A stretch of DNA of 64,000 nt from Haplodiscus bocki (taxonomy: Eukaryota): the NCBI GenBank assembly GCA_965655095.1, contig OZ296649.1:4650001-4714000 (forward strand), read 5' to 3'. Shown here piece by piece: positions 37,390-50,539 of the stretch. Every line of letters starts with the position of its first letter. The stretch's first letter is position 1. The notes beneath the pieces are model-generated. The model saw only the letters and a program-made list of their open reading frames with translations, was not told the DNA's origin and ran no database searches. Position numbers and translations under genes: made by a program.

Positions 37390-38590
37390 AAATAGATATG
37401 CTCCAAATTAAAGATTCGAGATTTTAAAATTTCAACTGTTGAAAGTTAGAGATAGAAATTAACCAAACAGATACGTAAACACAGGAACTTAAGAATATAA
37501 ATTGAATAAATCAGAGGGAACATTTTTTTCACCAGATGGACTTTTTACACCGAAAACTTTGTATTTTTGGTATAAATTTAGTTTTTTCGGACTGAATAGT
37601 ATTTCTTAACAAGAAGAGGGGGAGGCTGCCGAGAGCATTGGAGTTAGAAGAAGACTGGCTGATAAGACTAACAAACTTAGAAGTTTTAAATTCTGTTTTC
37701 AGTATAAAGAATGAAGAAAATAGAAAACTTGTTGCGGCCAGTGGTTCGCAGCGCGGGCATCTATGACAGCGAAAACGAGAAAAAAAATTTGAATGGACAA
37801 ATACCTTCAGGTGAATATGAAAAAGAGTTAAAATGATTTAGGCGAAAAAATCAATGAGACAAATTAAATAATGTAGGTTTATGAGAGCGAAATTACTAAC
37901 TTATAGGAAAAAAGTAATGAAAACTTCTTAAAACTAACAGAAGAAAAAAAAACATTTTAGATGACGAAGGTAGCATTGCCTGCGAAAACAATTTAGTTGA
38001 AAACAATCAGCCTAATTTTCGAATTTTCGAGATATTCCTCGAACAAAACGGATTGAAAAAAAATGTTAATCGTATTTTCAAAATATATAATTCTAATTTT
38101 ACTGGATATGAACTAGGACCGGGAATATATGAAATGAAACAACCGTTTGACGAGACCAAAAAACTGACAACAGAATTTCTGTTACTGGTGTTACTATGAA
38201 AGCAAAATTCGAACCAAGTAGTGTTTTTTGGTTTAATGAAGAAACAGTTTTTGAAAAAAGTTTAGGGTTCAATATAAACTGGGTTTTCAAATCTCCCAAT
38301 AATTATAGTAGTAAAATGTTTGTAGACATATTTAAAAATGATGAAGATAGGTTAAAATCTGATTGTATTGCAGGAAGTATTGTCAATGGTAATAAACAAC
38401 CTATTTTATCTTCTTTTGATTTACAAAAGCCCTCGTGTTTTGAAATTTTTCAGTACCTGAAACAAAACTTTCCAACAAAAAAAACTGTTTTCAATATTAT
38501 CACACTCTTCTACACAATGAGAATAATGGTACGATCGATTTTGATGGCGAAACTATGTCTCTTATTTAAATAAATATTATAAATTTATTT
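37390..38590 (+). pseudogene. Minor capsid (penton)-like gene B, copy 3
   Basis: ELGPGIYE, then ORF 38196-38573 FNEETVFEKSLGF...RLKSDCIAGSIVNGNKQPILSSF. Confidence 0.7.
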
Positions 38591-38629
38591 ATTCTAAATA
38601 CAAAACATAAGAATTATTTCACTCTCTTC

Positions 38630-39050
38630 TTTTATATTTGTTAAAAAAACGTGTCGCAAAAAATTTGAAACTGATTCAATTTGTCCCGGTGCACGGAAAT
38701 ATAGTAATACAATGAGTAGAAAAGGTGATATAAATAGAACTGGTCGAAAACTTTTGATTGGTAAATGTGTCAAATGTAATGGAAAAAAATCAATGTTTGT
38801 CAATGATCATACCATTGAAGCAGAAGGACAAGGTAATTTTTTCAAAAATTTGGAAGCAATTTCACAAAGGCATGTGAAAAAACTAGTTGCAAAGGTAATG
38901 AAAAACCCCGAGCATGCATTATGAATTGGGGCAAAAAATGGTACCTGTGCTTTACGCAAAGATTTCAAGGCAGCTTCATCCACTATTCCAGTGATGACAG
39001 AAATTTATCAAACTGGTGAAGGATTTTTTCTTCAAAAATGTCTAAAAATG
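38630..39050 (+). pseudogene. Small basic Cys-containing (core-like) protein, copy 3
   Basis: LLIGKCVKCNGKKSMFVNDHTIEAEGQGNFFKNL...KKLVAKVMKNP. Confidence 0.6.
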
Positions 39051-39085
39051 CAAACATATTTACAATTTTACAGATATTTACCAAT

Positions 39086-39595
39086 ATGTTACATCCATCT
39101 GCACAATTAGAACCAATTACTAACGATGAAGTGAGGAGACAGAAAAAAAATCAATGTCATTAACAGTTTCAATAACTCTTTTGAGAATCCTAAGAAAATG
39201 ATAAAGTATTTCAAAGATGACCATCGCGAAACAAGGGAGAAATATGAAAAATTTAAAGTTTTATCTACTACATTAAGAATGGTTGACAATTTTGCAAATA
39301 ATGCAAAACTTCGACTTCTGAAACAGTATCTGTTACTGGTTTTGGATTGATAGTTCAACTATTTCCCACTGGAAATGTTTGTGGATTAACAATAATTAAA
39401 AATAACTCACCTAAAAAATTTATGAATAAATAAAATAAAGGTAAGAAAAATTATGAGAGAGCTCAAAAAACTAATAACTCTTTTGCTAACTTATATAAAA
39501 AAGGTTTTAAAGATAATGCAATTGACAAAAAAGAATCTCCATCGAGTGTTTTCTTAAAACACGTAATTGAAATTGAAAATTATTCCTTCTTAGTA
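39086..39595 (+). pseudogene. Membrane protein homolog, copy 3
   Basis: MLHPSAQLEP...FKVLSTTLRMVD...VSVTGFGLIV...YERAQK; homolog of 22085-22600. Confidence 0.55.
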
Positions 39596-39865
39596 ATAAA
39601 GTTATAAACATGAATTTTATTTTAGTAAGATTAGTGTAAAAGTGAAAGTAATCTTTGCTAGAATAAAAAAGCTCTATGAGCTTGTCGAAGGCCCGCGGCT
39701 CTCCCAGCCATGCTAGAACTTTACTGGAAAGGCACCAAGAACAAAGCCTAGAACTCAGACTAGAACTTTCCTATTTTCAAGTAATACTTTGAACTTTTGT
39801 AGGGAATGTAAAAATCGGTTAGATGGTGATAAACTGTATAGAAAAGTGAAAATTGTATGTGAAGA

Positions 39866-40510
39866 TTGCTTGAAAATAAATTAAAGGTCAGTTTGGTGCA
39901 AAACATCTTTAATAAAAAATGGCTGCCAAAACCTAAGCGTGAAAAGAATAAAATTAATAATAATAGATCTTCAATTATAGGTCCTTCTTTTTCTGGCAAA
40001 ACTTACCTTATACTGCGAAAACTAAAACTTGTTATCAACAGGGATAAGTTTGTTATAACTAGAACACCTGAACAGTTTATTGTTGATTTTAAGGTTGAGG
40101 AAGGAAATAGAGAGACACGTGATTTTGAAGCTGGTATTGTAGTGTCTGGTGGTCTGTTAGATTGAAAATGAAAAGCAAACTTCTATTATTGGCAAGAGGA
40201 AAACTTAGAGATACAGTTGTTTAATGTTTATCACAATCATACACTGATCTACCAAAAATGACTGTAAGAAATAAGAGTAACACAATAATCAAATTTGAAC
40301 AAACTTAAAAAGTTGTGGAAAGCCTTTACAGAAAAAATGTTGGGTTTGATATGAGTAGTGATGAATTCAAAAGCCTTTGTTGAAAAACTTGGAAAGATGA
40401 ACATAATTATCTTTATTTGTGAATTAAGTGAAAACAAAATGTTGTAATTCTAACGAAAACAAACCTGAAAGATAAACTGAGTGCATACTTGGAACAATTC
40501 CTCTTCAAAA
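39866..40510 (+). pseudogene. A32/FtsK-like packaging ATPase, copy 3
   Basis: Intact Walker A GPSFSGKT; downstream ARG...LSQSYTDLPKMTVRNKSN typical of viral packaging ATPases. Confidence 0.85.
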
Positions 40511-40594
40511 ACCAAATACGTTTCTATCTACCTAAATATACAGATACCCCTTTACACAAAGTCTATACGATGAAAAATTTTATTTAAAAAAATC

Positions 40595-41535
40595 ATGTTT
40601 TCTGTTGAAAGTAAAGAAGAACTAAACGCTTTAGGAACACTGGGTGAAGTGGAATCTAAAGTACGAAAAATACATTTACAGGCAAAAATAGGTGAGCATG
40701 ATTTTCTTCATGACGCAAATGAACTTTTTCAAGCAATTACAAAAGCTGTCAGATATACAAGTAATAAATTACGTAAGCATTCTAAAGCTACATTTCTGGC
40801 CATTAAAGATAAATATAAAAATTTTCCCGTAAAGACTAATGCTTTAGCTAATACAGAAATACTTTTTGAGAAAAGGCATCCACACCAACTATGCTAAGGA
40901 TTTGATAAACGATGATATGAGAAAAAAAAGATAAAATGATGTCTTCTATGAAAAAAACTCAATTTGCATTAAAATTTGTTGATGATACTAGTGCAATAGG
41001 TGAGAAAACCTTTACCTTTTAGAAAGCCGATCAGTTAAAATTGAGGGAGAAAAATTTATCTTCCAAAAATCCCCCCTTACTGAAACAGAAAAAGTTTTCG
41101 AATTGAAAATTGATCTGTTAAGTATAATGACTAGTATGAAAATCAAAAAAAAAAGACTGAAAGTGGTGACTTTTTACTTCGTTTTAATAGAACGGCTACT
41201 TCTTTTTCAAAAAAGAACACTTGCCTTGGTACCTGCGAATGATGGAAGTTTGAAGGTTTATAGACTAATGATGGAATTTGGGGAAGTGATGAAATTGTTG
41301 ATTAATATGATACCTATGATAAAGATATTTAGGATAGAGAAGTTGAGCAATCTGGTTTTGGCTTAGCAATTTTTCTTTCAGAAAACCCTGATGAAACATG
41401 CAACAGATTATAAATAGTAACACAAGAAAAAGATAGTGTGATTCATATTATTAGATTGGATGCTAAAATTGTTGTTCTAATTGACAAACTATTTTAATAA
41501 ATGTTTTAACTCAGCTCAACATGAAAAATTTGCAG
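40595..41535 (+). pseudogene. Conserved Polinton coiled-coil protein, copy 3
   Basis: N-terminal KVRKIHLQAKIGEHDF and C-terminal FLSENPDETCNRL. Confidence 0.6.
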
Positions 41536-41551
41536 TCGGTTTTATGTTTTT

Positions 41552-42768
41552 ATGAGCAAAAAAATTTAGCTTGAAAAAATTTCAAATAGATAGACCAATC
41601 CTTAACTAACTGTGGTTAAATCCGTTATGTCCCATTATTTTTATTTACTATATATGAATTTAATTCTCAAATTTTTGATGATTTACCAAGATAAAAGTCA
41701 TTATTTTCAATAACAGTTTTGTAGTTAGAATTAGATTTTGATGTTCTTATTGCCGCTAATGAAGATATGGACACCCGCAACATATTTGTATAGTAAGTTC
41801 AGATCCAATTGCTTTATTTAGTGAGTAAAAGTTAACGAGTAGTAGTGGAAAACAGAAATTTTTACTTTTGTTTGTTTATTTAGTTAATGTATAATACAAT
41901 AACAAAGACTAAAATTAGTGAGGACTTGTCTATTGGTTATTACAAGACCCGATTGAAAGAATAGGAAAGTTTCGTAACTTTAGGTACAATATTACAGTAG
42001 GGAAAATTCTTGTTAGGATTTTTTTACAAGATTTCTTTGAATTTGCAGAGCATTAACAAAACGCAACATATTGATTAGGTCTCAAAAAATATTGAGAAAA
42101 AAACGATACCAACGCTATTATCCATGTCTTATTAGCACCAACTAAATAACACACATCACTATAAAAGACATCAGTTGGTTTATCCAACATTATATAACCA
42201 ATCTTTCTCAGCAGACAATATTAGGAAAACATACTATTTCCAAAGCCCCGAAACAATCATCATATACTGAAAGATCGTTTGTAGTAAAACCTGTGGAAAC
42301 ACAACTTATTTGAATGTGTGAGTTCGGAGTAAAGTTTGGTTTTGATATACTTTTTTCTTCATTATTGTGGGGTTCAGAAACATAAATCGAGTAGACAATG
42401 TTGCTCAAATTAAGGATCTTTTCTAAAGATTTTTGCTATTAGAGCGCAATGAATTTTTGAAACCGAAAGACTTCCTGAAACAGGTATAAAAGAAGATTAG
42501 TTTAATTACAAATGTTCTCAAGCATTTGGTGAGCTTCTATCTTGTTATAGACATTTTTGAAAACATAATATTCTTCAATCTTACACCTCAAAACGATTTC
42601 AGAAGGGATGGACACCAAATGTAAAAATCGAATTTAGGTTAAAATGCGAATTTAACCGCAGCTGGTCAGATTGTTGCAGCTGGTAAAACCGGTTATGCGA
42701 TATTATTATCGATTAATTTTTTATCAATCAGCGGTGATGGTCAAAGACAAATTGATCTCAAAAAAATG
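41552..42768 (+). pseudogene. Probable major capsid protein, copy 3
   Basis: Homologous to 24650-25893 (EDLSIG, QDFFEFAE, IKDISWFIQHY, SISGDGQRQIDL). Confidence 0.65.
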
Positions 42769-42769
42769 A

Positions 42770-43580
42770 AGTCATTTCATTACGTTCTCTATTTCTTTCA
42801 TTTATAACTCTGATTGCTTTAGCACTGCACCGTTAAACTTTTGAAGCAAGTTGTTTATATGATAGGTTGGTATGGAACCATCAATCTTTTCTTTAATTAT
42901 GTACAACTTGTCAGACCAACGTCTTTACCACCTCTAGAAAAAAATTTCTTGTCTGCAGTTCTAACTAAAAGTCCTAATTTCAGCTTTGGCTTTCTTTTCT
43001 TTCTTTTGTCTAACAGTTTTTGGTAAACAATTTCTTCATTGTTTTTTGAAGATGCTTCAAATGGTGTTAATTTAAGTATAGTACGTTGTTCTAATATTTT
43101 TGTTTTGTTACTGTGTTTGTTTAAGGATTTGCATTTCCATCCAGTAACTTTCTCGAATACAATTTTTTCAAGAAAATCTCTAACAATTCTACTGAAAAAT
43201 TCAGCGAGAGTTTCACTTCCGATGAATCGCGTCCTATTCTTCTAAGATTATTTTTAAATGGAAAATCAAAAACTTTTCGCTTACAAACTCTTTTCCATCA
43301 TCAGTTTCAACTGAATTCTGTTTTCTCGTTGAAGAATATAAAAGTTTTTTCTGATCACACCTTTTTGTTTGAGGAGTCCATTCGAATTGTGACAAAATAT
43401 CGACTACAATATACCTAAAACTTTCATCATTTTCTGGGCCATATTCGTTTAGATCCTATAAATCAATGATCCAAGAGTCATCTATGAATTGTACATCAAA
43501 TTCTGTGGAAGCATATTTCTTGCTAGGGGGCTTGGTATAGGCTTTCTTTAGAAAACGCTCAATTCTTCCTATTTAACTAG
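42770..43580 (-). pseudogene. rve integrase, copy 3
   Basis: Reverse complement gives IDDSWIIDL*DLNEYGPEND...YIVVD, VETDDGKEF and KPKLKLGLLVRTADKKFFSRGG. Confidence 0.8.
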
Positions 43581-43599
43581 TTATAAAAAACCCGTATTC

Positions 43600-46500
43600 A
43601 CTTCGTGATTTTCTTCTCAATTCATTTATATTAACTATATAGATTTTAGTTTGTTTGATTCTTGCCCTGCATATATCACAAATCTATTGAACAGATTTGG
43701 CACGTTTTTCACACTTTCTGCTCATGTTCGTACAAAAACTCACCTTGAAGCACACTTTTTCTAACTTTTAAAAAAATTTTGTTCAACAGCCGTTCCACTT
43801 TGCATATAAAATCACCTTTTTCAATCTAATTCTCTGGCAACATCTTCAGATTTTTCCCAGACCCTTTTTTCTCCTATAAACTCATCTTGTTTAGTTGCTA
43901 GAAAAAGTTTAATTTTACTCGCCAAAAACAAAACAAAAATACCACGACTACCATAATCATTTTTTCACTGTTGTAACTCATGCTCATCATAACCTGCTTT
44001 ATTTAATTTACCAACATGATTTTTTCCTACTTATAAAGGATGAATGTCCATGTAATAAACACTATAAGTTTAAATGCCGTTTGTTTCTCTTGAGAAATGA
44101 TTCTATTGTTTTTGCTGTTGCTTAAAATAAAATAACCTAAATATGATGACATTCCATTAATTTTGAGGTTTCATCGTCACCTATTCATTCATAATTTTTA
44201 CCTTTCACACTAAAACCTCCATTTTCAACTGTGAGATATTCTTCAATTCTTTGACCACCTTCATGTTCCATACATCTTTTAGTTTCCAATTCATGCTTGT
44301 AATCTATATCTTTCCTAAGAGTGTCGCCAAACAAAAAGTTCAATAAAAAATTTATCCAATAATATATAGTATATTCATCTGTTCCTTACATTGTTTTCCT
44401 GATAAATAAAAATTCTGTTTAACTTCTAAAAAGTGGACATTTACAGTTCTCTTCAAACAACACTCCTACAAAAACCTCAAAAACTGTACCACCAATCTCT
44501 ACAAGTTCTTGGATGTCAAATGATGTTAAAGTATCAGTTATAATTTCACTTCTCAACAAGTTTACTTCTTGGTTTTCGACGTTTTACATAACAGGTACAT
44601 GTTGTAGATTTAAGTCTTCTGGGTAGGTATTATTTTTTATTCTTAATACTGAGTTAAATGTTCCGTATTTTCAGTTCCAATTTTTTCGTATTAAATCTCT
44701 TAACATGTCCTTCATTCATATCTTTATTGGAAACAAAACCTCTTTAATTTTTTTGCAAAAAACTGATTCCATAAGTGACCTTGCTTTAGGACACAAAAAA
44801 TCAGGACCAGGAAGGGGTGTACAAAACCACATGGTTCGTTTGTTGTAACATGGTATCTCTGAAAATCTTTCCTGATATTTTTTCTTTGTCATTTTCATCG
44901 ATGTTTCTATCTTCGTCGAAATTTTTTTCGCAACAGTTTTCTTTATTATCTTAATATTCCGTTAAGTATTTTATATGTTTCTGCTTGATATCAAAGATTG
45001 GAAATTTTCTGTCAAATTTTTTTATTCTTTTCTAAAATTGTTTAAAATAATAATCCAGTTTCCTCTTCTAAATTATTGGTCGAAAGCTCCTCTTCTCTCA
45101 CCTTTTTTACTTTATTTTTCAAAATGACGCATTTTTTTATCTGTGTACGTATATATGGGTTCATCGTCTCTGAACATCATTGAACGAAAAAATTTCTTTC
45201 CTGAAGAAGGGAGAGATGGTCATTTTTTCTTTCCGAATGAAGTATTTTTCGACAAATTCATTGTATATTTTGCATTAAAAACTACAGACAAAATATAGAC
45301 TTTCAAATACGGTACCCTGTCCCCTTTCAAACATTCCCAAAAGTCTTCATATAATTTTTCAAGATCCATGTTTTTTTCCAGTATTTGTTGTTTTAAACCA
45401 AATTCTTTACCAAATTTCCCTAATCACCTTTGCAAGTGCTTCTTAACGGAAACTACTTATATAGATTGTGGTTTCGTATTTGTGCTTTTTTAATTTCTTT
45501 AGCATCGTAGAAACCATTGAGAATTTTCGCACTATTTAAATTTTGGAATTTTGGGCAGTTTTACCTGGGTTGTTTAATCTACAAAAAAGTAGGTACATCT
45601 TTCAAAATATTCCTACTATCAAAAACTTACCCAATATGGGCGTTAAAAGTTTTAGTTTTCAATTAGCAAAAAATGGTATGCACTTATTTTTTATCCATTT
45701 AGGTTCACGTTTACATAGTTTTCAGTATTCAAACATTTCGCTAATACAATCTTCATCTTCCATTAAAAATGGATCACTTTTTTATTTTTCTATCTCTTCT
45801 TTCGCTCAAATCCGATCACAATTTTTGAAATTTTTTTTGATAAAAACAAACTGCATGTGGTATTGCTCTACCTCTATCGTGAAGTTTTACACTATTTAGT
45901 GGTTCTTTCTATTTTTCTTGGAAAAATTTCATCTTTTTCATATGGAGTAATGGTGTCGTAATTAAAACATGCTGCTTGCAACTCAAAATTTTTTCCACAT
46001 CTCCATTAGTATCCAGTCAAAACACACTGCCACGTTTCCCTAATCCACAGAAATGAATTTTATACGAAAAGAAATTATTATATCTTCGTTTACACAATCT
46101 AGGAAATATCTCTTTGCGGATCAGAAATCTAATATATATGCCTATTGTTTCATAAAGTTATTTATGTCGAGCTTCAGTTATAACTGTTCTTCCAGAGTCA
46201 AAACTTTTCATAAATTCAAATTATTCATTGTAGAAACTTTTTCTGCTGAAAACGCGAACACACTTTGCAAAACAATTCTGCTGGTATGCGTGAAAAAAAT
46301 TTTTCCGTCATGTTCTTTGATTTTATAAAGCCAATCACTTCCTTTACCAAATTCAGTACGTTTTACTTTTCCAAAAGGAAGATAAAAAAATTCAACCGAA
46401 TATCCATTAAAAGCCATCATTTGGATTCGGTCTTTATATGCAATGTAAACTTTTATGTTTTTAAAAGGCATAGTTTTTTAATCAGTGTTCCCATTGTAAG

Positions 46501-47060
46501 TGAACCTGATAACAGGAAATTTGTAAACGTAAGTTCTATCATTTCTTTGATTTCAAAAAGATTCAAAAGATTGGCACACTTCATTGTTGTATCTTTCAAA
46601 AAAATACGTTATTTTAGAAGAACGCGTTTTTTGGATTTTTTTCCTTTTGCTTCCGCCTGACTTTCTTTTTACTTTCGTTCCATTTATTTTCCCAAACGTT
46701 TTTTTATTATCAATTGCGAAATTTTAGTTGCTTTTCCTTCTTAGCTTTTTCTCAATGCTCCTCTCTCTTTGTTCTTGCCTAGAATTAACTTTTTCATCCT
46801 GTTTTCAAATGAACCTTCCATTGTTATTTAATATATCTGATGCATTTCATAAGGAGAATACTTCTCCAAAAAACACTAGACAATTGTTATCTTAATCATT
46901 TTTCGATATTTTGTGATCTTCCTAATCAACTATATTAAAAAAAATTTGACAAAAATTAATTTTTTCGGCAGGTGAGATTTTCTTGATGATTTTTTTAAAA
47001 ACACTTCACCTTTACTTTTTTCACTGCTTTTAGTTAGACGAAAATTTCTTTTCAAATGCT
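43600..47060 (-). pseudogene. Protein-primed family B DNA polymerase, copy 3
   Basis: ExoII-like AHIG*VFDS (~45630), motif B-like LLNFLFGDTLRKD (~44330), motif C-like VYYMDI...KNDYG...LASKIK (~43900-44060). Confidence 0.8.
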
Positions 47061-47858
47061 TGTAATAGCCTTTTTCAGAGAACATATCATAAATCTATCA
47101 AAAAATATGTTCGCGTAGTGAACGCTCGGCTGTGACAAGATTTCCATTGTTCTAGTGCTCAATATTTGAAAATTGTTTAGTTATTCAAATCACCATCATC
47201 TTTTTTGGTACAATTTCGTGCTACACTCAATTTTCTATCTAAATGCAGATTTGCCAGTGCGCAAAAAAGCACAAAAAAGTGAAAAAAAGACAAGAAAACA
47301 CACTTATTTTTTCCATGTAAGAATGTATAGGCAATGGTTTTTGTTAATTTTAAATTTTATGCATTTCAAAAGTCTCTCACAACTAAGAGGTGAAAAAAGT
47401 ACAATTTTCATTTCGTTTGTCTATTAAATCAATATTAGGCATTAATAATATGGTGGAAACACATGCATTGATCGAAATCGAGGAAAAAAAGCTGGTATTA
47501 GTGTGAATCACTCGATATACTTTGGTATTGGATAAAATATTGTTATTTGACTGGTTAATATCACCGAAAAGGTTTATCCAGCCCACTTGCGTTTCATTAG
47601 TAGACATTCAAAGTGTATTAGCTCTGATTCTGTGGTTTATCCCATTTGGAGGGGAAAAGAAGGTGTAGTGGCGAATCTGTACAAAAACCAATTAAATTGC
47701 GTTCATCACCAGGAAGGCTCAATGGAGTTGGCGATTGAAGGTTTGGCAAAACTGTGAAAGAACGAAAGACCGTTGGCATGAAGCCTGAGTATAAACAAAT
47801 TGCGTAGTGAAAATGAAGTCAATTATACCCTTGGCACAATGCCTGTGTACATAAGCGT

Positions 47859-48058
47859 NNNNNNNNNNNNNNNNNNNNNNNNNNNNNNNNNNNNNNNNNN
47901 NNNNNNNNNNNNNNNNNNNNNNNNNNNNNNNNNNNNNNNNNNNNNNNNNNNNNNNNNNNNNNNNNNNNNNNNNNNNNNNNNNNNNNNNNNNNNNNNNNNN
48001 NNNNNNNNNNNNNNNNNNNNNNNNNNNNNNNNNNNNNNNNNNNNNNNNNNNNNNNNNN
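47859..48058. other. Assembly gap (200 N)
   Basis: Run of N. Confidence 0.99.
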
Positions 48059-50539
48059 GCTTAAAGTTCTAAAAAACTACAGAGTTTACATCGGTAGTCA
48101 AGTACGCAATATCTCAATGAACACGACCGGGCTTAGCGTCCACCGACAGAGTTGAGGAGTAAAGGAATGTTCAGGACGGGGAATCCGCGCCTTTGAATCA
48201 CTACCAGACCAAAGCGCATCCCGCTCCCCCAAGTCAGCATTCAACTGAATTGATGAGACTTATGCAGTCAGTAACGTCATGAACCCCTAAAACAACCAAA
48301 ACAAGGTCGATTTCCCGATATTCCCCTTCAACTCCAAGAGCATAACACAAGAACTACTTCTTTCTGAAGTTCGTTCAAAGCAAACCAAAAAATACGGGCG
48401 TCACAGCACGTTACAGTTTTCATTTCTCCTCGAGCCAAGGCTTCTTTCTCTGATAATGTGTCACTGGGTAAAATATTTGGTTAATCGGAGGCAACGGATG
48501 TCCAAGTTTTTTGACAATTTGACTGTTTTGTCTAGATGAGTTCAAAAACTCGAAGTGACCTGAACCCTGACCTTGATGACATCTTAAGAACATGGGTAGT
48601 GGCTGGTAGAGAAGAACGCACCTTTGTCTGGGCCTCATAGAGAACAGCACAAAAGAAAGACACGAACAATAGAAGCCCAAAACTATAAAAAAAATGACGT
48701 ATCATTAACTTGAAATCCGGATTTTTTACATCTATTTATCAAGTTATTTTGAACTGTTTATTCCCAGAATGCAAAATCTTCAGATGTTAATAATATTTGG
48801 TGAGAAGCAACTTTTTACGATTTGTATTGAGGTTAGACTAACGATTTGGTCTGAGATCACTAGTTTTTACCCCAAATGGCCAGTGCAATCCCCGCGCTTG
48901 CAGATCCGCTACCCACACGGAAACCTCAGGCTTAAAATTTATTGAGTGTGCAGGACGTAGGGGATCTTCTGTGGTCCCGGGCCGCTTTGTTTGCTTGCTC
49001 ACTCCATCCAATCGTCTTCGCGTAGCACCGCATGTATCTTAGGCATGTCAGCATATAAGAGTTTGTGAAATTATTGATTTTTCCAAACAATTTGGGAGCT
49101 ACTGTGAGATATTTGTGAGGAATTTAATGAAATTAGCAGACAATAAAATAAGCACAACCTATTTAAGCAGAAATTTTGTGATTACTTCAGTGGAATTCAA
49201 TTGATGAGAACACAAACTAAAATTTCAGTGAAAATTTAGGTTTTTGAACGGTTTAAAAATTAATTCAAATTGAACTTCAGAATAATCTGATTTTGAGGGT
49301 AAAAAAGTATATTTTGTGACCTAAAGGTGTTGATGAATCACAGTTCTATCTTGTTTTTTTTTTGTTTTTGGTAGTGTAACGTACCGCAGACAGATTTCGA
49401 TTGAAATTCTAATATCTCAAAAAAGTCATTTTTAAACCAAAATGATCGGTGTTTAACTTTTCCTGAATTTCTGTTTCTCTTATTCGACATACTTAAGCAA
49501 GTTTGGGTAGATAAAATGACTGAGATTTTGCCCCCCCCCCCTCCCCTCGAGTATCTTGCATCGTTTCACCGGCAGATGCAACATGGTGCCATTCTATGCT
49601 TGTCTTTAATTCTTATTATTTTTAAAACTAACTGGAAAAGATGAGTGCAAACACAAAAAACTTTAGCCACAAGTACTCCCTAAACATTTGCTTCAATATC
49701 TCTGTCGTCTGTACCGTGTATTGCTTTCTCTAACAGTATCACAAGTGGGAGAATGTTGGTATGAAGGACTCGAGAAACATTGTACGGCTCTTTGTAGGCA
49801 AATCAAAGTGGTTGTTGCATTGCATCAGTATTCATTCGAATGTTCCCAGCTGGAAAAGGATCGATTTGCAGTCATTATTGATGCTCAATCTTCGGATCAA
49901 TTTCAAAACGATTCTGCATAATGCAGCTCATTACTGACCAGAGAGCGTGAGGTTTTCTGAGGTTTACTACGATACCTATTGTGTTGTAAAAGGATGACTA
50001 TAAAAGGTTGAAAAAAATGCGGAGCTCAAGCAGTGAGAATACCAATTTCATTTGCATGCTAGACACACTTTTTGATATTTACGCAACGGTTTTACCATTC
50101 ATTTAATACTTCTATTGTTATTAATTTTATCGCGCGAGACTTTTGACTATTATTGCTTTGATGATTTTCCACACATTATTTTGTTTTCTGAGAATTTCTC
50201 TGAACCTGAAATTGGGAGGGGGAGTGTGTTCTCAAAAGCTTTTGTTTTTCAAGCTATCAACGTGTGCTTATATCCCTGTATGGAAAATTAATTACATTGT
50301 GTCTCAGTGCTATAAATCGTTGAAAAACTGTTTGCCAGGCTGTCAGGGATTGCATTTCGAAACATTTGCATTGAAAGGGACAAATCTCTGAAACACGAGG
50401 TGCTTTATTAGGTGGAGAAAATGTATTCTATGAATGAATTGAAAAGTTTTAATCCCTCATCACGATTTGTCTATGGATTTAAAACTTTACTTGTCTCCTT
50501 CGCAGAAGAACAATAAACTTTTTTCAGGCGAAAAAAAAA

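Larger units (their letters stand above)
36140..47858 (+). mobile_element. Polinton/Maverick-like element copy 3 (left end truncated, right TIR runs into the gap)
   Basis: Same gene order as copy 2; 47215-47360 is homologous to the inner part of the copy 2 right TIR. Confidence 0.85.

Noticed and set aside
16085-47858. Bacteriophage/prophage or giant-virus insertion
   Set aside because: The combination of rve integrase, pPolB, adenain, 6-bp TSD and long TIRs is diagnostic of Polintons; no phage or NCLDV core genes were seen.
48059-50400. Short ORFs (48420, 49688, 50143) and weak similarity of 48060-48180 to the LTR start
   Set aside because: Matches are too short to support homology, and the ORFs lack recognisable motifs.
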